From the NCBI GenBank assembly GCA_036278875.1, contig DASUKF010000030.1, forward strand, positions 1-60,765: 60,765 nt of DNA, in the 5' to 3' direction. Positions 56,703 through 60,765 of the stretch are shown one piece after another (positions within the stretch are counted from its first letter, which is position 1; every line of letters starts with the position of its first letter). Below the pieces are notes generated by a model. The model searched no databases. It had not been told where the DNA came from and saw nothing but the letters and a program-made list of their open reading frames with translations. This stretch comes from Candidatus Saccharimonadales bacterium. Lineage in GTDB: Bacteria; Patescibacteriota; Saccharimonadia; Saccharimonadales; 2-12-FULL-41-12. A program made the position numbers and the translations under genes.

Positions 56703-57338
56703 AACCCTTTTAAGCTGGGCTACCAGCGCCGATTCCGGCTGTAGGACTTCGGCTCCGTATTTATCGGCTATTTCTTTAATCTCTTTCTCTATCCAGTGAT
56801 AATGCGTACAGCCCAGGACTATGACGTCCGCGCCCTGCCTACAGACTTCGGTGATACGCTCCTGTATGGCGCCATAATCCGCGGAATTGCTTTCTATCAG
56901 GTAGACCCAGTCGCCGCAGTCGGGCTCCAGCACGGTTATATGCCTGGCGTTCAGCTCCAGCAGTTCACGGTAGCGGGGACTGTTAAGTGTAGTCGGTGTA
57001 GCACAAACAGCGATTATATTCGTTTTTGTCATCTTAGAGGCCGGTTTGACCATAGGTTCTACGGCCACTATAGGCACCTTCATGCGCTCCCTCACCTCTT
57101 TGATTATCGTAGTGGTAACCGTATTGCAGGCTACCACTACGGCCTCGCAGCCTTCTGCTTCCAGTTCGCGCAATTTGGGTATTACGAGTTTTAACAACTG
57201 CTCGGGGGTCTTATCGCCGTAAGGCAGGTTTTCGGAGTCGCTTTTATAAATTACTTCAATCTCCGGTATCTCTTTTTCTATGGCTTTTGCGACGGACTTG
57301 CCGCCTACGCCGGAATCAAATACACCGATTTTTATCAT
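56688..57338 (-). CDS. murI: Glutamate racemase (compact)
   Basis: IGVFDSGVGG, VVACNT and LGCTHY catalytic motifs. 216 aa. Confidence 0.88.
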   Translation of the reverse strand: MIKIGVFDSGVGGKSVAKAIEKEIPEIEVIYKSDSENLPYGDKTPEQLLKLVIPKLRELEAEGCEAVVVACNTVTTTIIKEVRERMKVPIVAVEPMVKPASKMTKTNIIAVCATPTTLNSPRYRELLELNARHITVLEPDCGDWVYLIESNSADYGAIQERITEVCRQGADVIVLGCTHYHWIEKEIKEIADKYGAEVLQPESALVAQLKRVLAQL

Positions 57339-57386
57339 AAAAATATAATAACAGTTGACTGTGTGTTGTATAATTATTTCTGGCTA

Positions 57387-58079
57387 ATGAATAAAATAAA
57401 AACTCAGCGTAAGTTAAACATAATAAGCTACAACCTGAAGTATCACCGGGCCAGCAAAGAACTTTCGGGTCTTGTAAGAAAATACGATACCGATGTTTTG
57501 TGCATACAGGAATGCTACAGCGAGCAGCTGCCTGACAGAATAAACGGCCTGGTTCTGGCCGAGAAAACCAGATTCAACCGTTTGGGCCTGGCTATTTACT
57601 ACCGGCCTGAGCGCTTCCGGCTGCAGCAGACCAACAGTTATCCGCTTAAGAAATCCGTCTACGACAAGCTTTTTTCTCCCGCGGAAGAAAGACTGCTGGT
57701 AACCAAGCTTTATGACAGCTTGACCCGGCAGGATATCCTGGTGGGCTCGTTCCACGCCACGCATATAATAGCCACTAACCGCGTGAGGCGCCACCAGATA
57801 GAAACAGCGCACAACACTCTTAAGAATCTTTCGGAAAAATCCCCGGCGATAATGGTCGGGGATTATAATTACCCGCTGTTTAAAAGGGGCCTGAAGGTCT
57901 TAATCGAAAAAACCGGATATGAACTTAGCTTAAGCGATAAACCGACATATTACCTTACCAGAATGATAAGGACACACCTGGACCTGGCTACATCCGTCAA
58001 CACCCAGATAGAACGCGTGATGACCCTGCCCAAAGGCATATCGGACCATGCGCCCATATTGGTGCAGGCTATCGTCTAA
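57387..58079 (+). CDS. Endonuclease/exonuclease/phosphatase (EEP) family protein
   Basis: LNIISYNL, DVLCIQE and SDHAPI motifs. The ORF track starts at GTG 57363. I prefer ATG 57387 because a TATAAT box sits at 57369-57374. Confidence 0.8.
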   Translation: MNKIKTQRKLNIISYNLKYHRASKELSGLVRKYDTDVLCIQECYSEQLPDRINGLVLAEKTRFNRLGLAIYYRPERFRLQQTNSYPLKKSVYDKLFSPAEERLLVTKLYDSLTRQDILVGSFHATHIIATNRVRRHQIETAHNTLKNLSEKSPAIMVGDYNYPLFKRGLKVLIEKTGYELSLSDKPTYYLTRMIRTHLDLATSVNTQIERVMTLPKGISDHAPILVQAIV

Positions 58080-58711
58080 TTTCCCGGTGGAGTGCCTGTA
58101 GGCCCGGCGATAGGTCGGTATTCCAGGCCGGCATCGTGCAATACCTGCGCGGTAAGTTCATAAAGATGATACGGAAATTCTCTGGGCAATGTCGCCGGGC
58201 TGTCTACGGTACCTAAGGTCGGGTACATATCGACCACATTTACGATCAGACAGCCTCTTTCCTCCCTTGCATCCCTGTGTACAGGGTGCACTTCGCCTTC
58301 GGTAGTAAGCGCTAAGCCCGCATCATATATTGTAGGGGGAGAACCGTTCCAATCCTGCGTATTTCCATATGTCGCCGGCATTAGATATCCTTGCATACGC
58401 CTTCTTCGGACAAGCTGATGCCTACCGCCGTCAACACCGTATTCAACGTCATATCTTAAGAACCGTTCCAAGAATCTAGCTACCTTCATATTGCCGGTCC
58501 AAGACAGTATTTCTATAGGTGCGACTTCCGGGAAACCGGCAGCCTGGAGCTGAGCGAAATTATGCCGGTTCCAGCGCGTAGCTCCAGCCAGGCGCTCGTT
58601 CATCCTACGGTCTGCCACGGCACGGACGTCAGCTTCTCTTGCCCGTCTTTCGGCTTTGCCGCGCTCAATATCACTTCTAGAAACATAGTTCATAGGTGTA
58701 ATATTATACAC
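58076..58711 (-). CDS. Hypothetical protein
   Basis: 211-aa soluble, Arg-rich ORF with no recognisable motif. Confidence 0.5.
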   Translation of the reverse strand: MYNITPMNYVSRSDIERGKAERRAREADVRAVADRRMNERLAGATRWNRHNFAQLQAAGFPEVAPIEILSWTGNMKVARFLERFLRYDVEYGVDGGRHQLVRRRRMQGYLMPATYGNTQDWNGSPPTIYDAGLALTTEGEVHPVHRDAREERGCLIVNVVDMYPTLGTVDSPATLPREFPYHLYELTAQVLHDAGLEYRPIAGPTGTPPGN

Positions 58712-58741
58712 TATATTTGAAAAATAATCAAATCATTTTAA

Positions 58742-59233
58742 TTATGCCTCAAGTTTGCATTCCATAATCCAGTCGCCTCTTTCTTCTAACCATGCCGTGA
58801 CCTTGAAGCCGAACTTTTCATATAGCGGTTTGGCATACTCTCTGCTATGCGTCTGCAGGCTCAGCCGGGCAAACCCGGCCCTCTTAGCCCAATCCATAGC
58901 CATTGAAACTAAAGCCCTGCCCACGCCACGGCGCTGCCACTCGGGCACCACGGCAAGCCTTTTGAGACTTCCTTCGCCGTGCCCGTCGTTTTTCAAACCT
59001 ATAAAACCTATTACATTACCTTTGTTATCTTTAGCGATGAAGAAATTGCCGCCGGGTTTTATGTAATACGCTTCGATAGCTTTCAAATCGGCCTGGGAAT
59101 CCAGTATCCGGCCGGCAAACTCATTCTGCCCCGATTCTCTCTGCCACAGCCGTACGTCCAGGTGCAAGCCCGCTATAATGTCAGGCTTGTCTGCACCCGG
59201 TTGAAACGCACTAATAGAATATTCTTTGAACAT
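58742..59233 (-). CDS. GNAT-family N-acetyltransferase
   Basis: Acetyl-CoA motif A: LAVVPEWQRRGVGRALV. 163 aa. Confidence 0.85.
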   Translation of the reverse strand: MFKEYSISAFQPGADKPDIIAGLHLDVRLWQRESGQNEFAGRILDSQADLKAIEAYYIKPGGNFFIAKDNKGNVIGFIGLKNDGHGEGSLKRLAVVPEWQRRGVGRALVSMAMDWAKRAGFARLSLQTHSREYAKPLYEKFGFKVTAWLEERGDWIMECKLEA

Positions 59234-59338
59234 CTTTTTATTTCTAAACTTTAAAATAAGTATAGCAAGTGCTTTGGTTGACCTTAAAACATATTATGTT
59301 TATGCTTAGAGCAAATAGAAAAATAAAAACTCCCATAG

Positions 59339-60765
59339 ATGAATCCGCAAGAACCAGCTGCAAACACGTCCGCATCACCAGCCGACACCGTACTTGCCGT
59401 AACACCACAGCCTTCGGCTACGATACAGCCTTCCACTCCATCCCCTCAACCTGCAACCGATCCGATAGCCGTACCTCCCCCGGTACAACAGCAACCGCAG
59501 GGCGCAGTGACTAGCCTGAATATAGAAGCCCTGCGGGGGTATGAACAGGTACGGATAGCTACTACAACAAGCTCGATCATAAAATCAGACCCTTCGTTAA
59601 GGAAAAAACGCATATTGGCAATAATTTTCATATGCACGCTGATACTTCTACTGCCCGGTGTCATAATGCTCTTATTGGTCTATTTGAAAGCCGGAAAGCA
59701 GGCCAAGGCGCAAAGGCATGCCGCCAGCGAATCGATGTTCGCAAATTTTGCCCGGACTAATAATTTAAAGCTGCAGGATAACCCGCCATTGCCGTCTGCC
59801 GATTCTCATCCAGGACTTTTAGACCAGTTCAGTATGCAGCTCGCCGGTATAGGCCAACATATGCCGGATAGCATGAAAGGTCTGGTATCCGGAGGTGATG
59901 TCGAGCCGGCCGTGAGCGGAATACTTGATAACGGGTTGGTCTTTAAGTTAAAACTTGAGCATCTTAAAATCAATATAAGCAAAAACGGTGTCACTGACCC
60001 CATGGTAGGTTTGGGGCTTATCCAGCCTGCGGCCCACGGCGCAAATATAGGTGGAGTCAATGTGGGGGTCGGCAATGTATTCACGGACCCTACGGTCCAA
60101 TTACGCCAACTTAAAAGTGCCGGCAAGGATGAAATTTTCTTTACTGTCACGGTCCTGGGAGATAGTCCTGCCGATGTGACTTCCGTCGGTACAAACCCCA
60201 GGAGCGTAACCGTGAACGGCGAATATCTGTACATGACACTTACCGTAGATGTCGGACAAAAACTTATGCCACACATATTAATCACCCCTAAGAAAAACGG
60301 TTTCGGCCTGCCTCTGATGCCGGCGCTGGCAGAAAATATAAATCTTGAGGGTAATTTTAACGAATATTTTGACGTCAAAGCGCAAAGAGGATATGAAACC
60401 GAGGTACTGCAGATACTTGATCCCAGCGTCATGCAAAATTTCATGAACGACATGTCCGATATCACGATTGAATTCAGCGGCGGACAGATGCGTCTTATGC
60501 TGGCAATCAGGCCATATATATCACAGATCACACTTGCCGATGCGACCAGCCGGCTGTACGGCTTGGCAGTAAAGTACAAAGACTGGCTGCAGCATCGCTT
60601 TAGCGCGTGGAGTTTCAGCCCGCAACAGGCACCCTATGATTTAACGCTGGGCGGCGTTAATGAAAGCCTGGTAGGACAACACATCAACAGCCTAGGTCCT
60701 TCGCATGTCACGTGGATTAACAGAAGCAATGTAGCACCTGATGCCGGTATGGGTGCAACCGACCC
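59339..60765 (+). CDS. Hypothetical membrane protein, 3' end runs off the window
   Basis: Absent from the ORF track because it has no stop in the window. ATG 59339 follows an in-frame TAG at 59336-59338. My translation is MNPQEPAANTSASPADTVLAVTPQPSATIQPSTPSPQP ... KKRILAIIFICTLILLLPGVIMLLLVYLKAG ... and it stays open for about 475 codons. It has a Pro/Gln-rich head, one TM and a large C-terminal domain. The listed minus ORF 59806..60579 is its antisense shadow. Confidence 0.7.
   Translation, partial: MNPQEPAANTSASPADTVLAVTPQPSATIQPSTPSPQPATDPIAVPPPVQQQPQGAVTSLNIEALRGYEQVRIATTTSSIIKSDPSLRKKRILAIIFICTLILLLPGVIMLLLVYLKAGKQAKAQRHAASESMFANFARTNNLKLQDNPPLPSADSHPGLLDQFSMQLAGIGQHMPDSMKGLVSGGDVEPAVSGILDNGLVFKLKLEHLKINISKNGVTDPMVGLGLIQPAAHGANIGGVNVGVGNVFTDPTVQLRQLKSAGKDEIFFTVTVLGDSPADVTSVGTNPRSVTVNGEYLYMTLTVDVGQKLMPHILITPKKNGFGLPLMPALAENINLEGNFNEYFDVKAQRGYETEVLQILDPSVMQNFMNDMSDITIEFSGGQMRLMLAIRPYISQITLADATSRLYGLAVKYKDWLQHRFSAWSFSPQQAPYDLTLGGVNESLVGQHINSLGPSHVTWINRSNVAPDAGMGATD

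Noticed and set aside
59806-60579. 257-aa minus-strand ORF near the 3' end
   Set aside because: It is antisense to a longer + strand frame that starts right after an in-frame stop (ATG 59339), has a clear TM and remains open to the window edge.

Overview
This 60.8-kb window is densely coded, with about 66 protein genes, one tmRNA and one tRNA. It uses the standard genetic code: TGA serves as the stop at the coupled atpG/atpD/atpC junctions. The content looks like a chromosomal segment from a small-genome, monoderm-type bacterium, plausibly a CPR/Patescibacteria (Saccharibacteria-like) lineage. That placement is inference only. It rests on shortened housekeeping proteins (629-aa AlaRS, 88-aa F1 epsilon), LPXTG and prepilin signals, an RpfB-like muralytic enzyme and many orphan envelope proteins. 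The housekeeping backbone is ftsA (partial, missed by the ORF track), alaS, mnmA, an F-type ATPase operon, cysteine desulfurase, tatD, metG, ssrA (tmRNA), a DEAD-box helicase, rsmA, pcrA, tpiA, pgk, 3-methyladenine glycosylase, tRNA-Glu, murD and murI. Five regions are accessory or unusual. (i) A six-gene envelope cluster (6.8-12.7 kb) has three paralogous secreted beta-rich proteins plus a DUF916/DUF3324-like anchored protein, reminiscent of Csc/WxL surface-complex or donor-strand fibre loci. (ii) The ATPase operon has b, delta, alpha, gamma, beta and epsilon but no recognisable a or c gene, and opens with a 279-aa exported protein ending in a c-subunit-like hairpin with no membrane carboxylate. 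(iii) The tmRNA is followed by a PadR-like gene bracketed by a 28-nt direct repeat, then a GC-richer block of orphan genes. (iv) A VWA-MoxR-DUF58 operon continues into a membrane protein with 38 consecutive prolines and an LPXTG/PKD protein. (v) An overlapping PaaK-like adenylating enzyme plus ThiF/E1-like gene pair sits next to a multi-TM histidine kinase and a divergent orphan receiver. I saw no CRISPR array, transposase, integrase or rRNA. All functional calls rest on motif recognition by eye; none was checked against a database.
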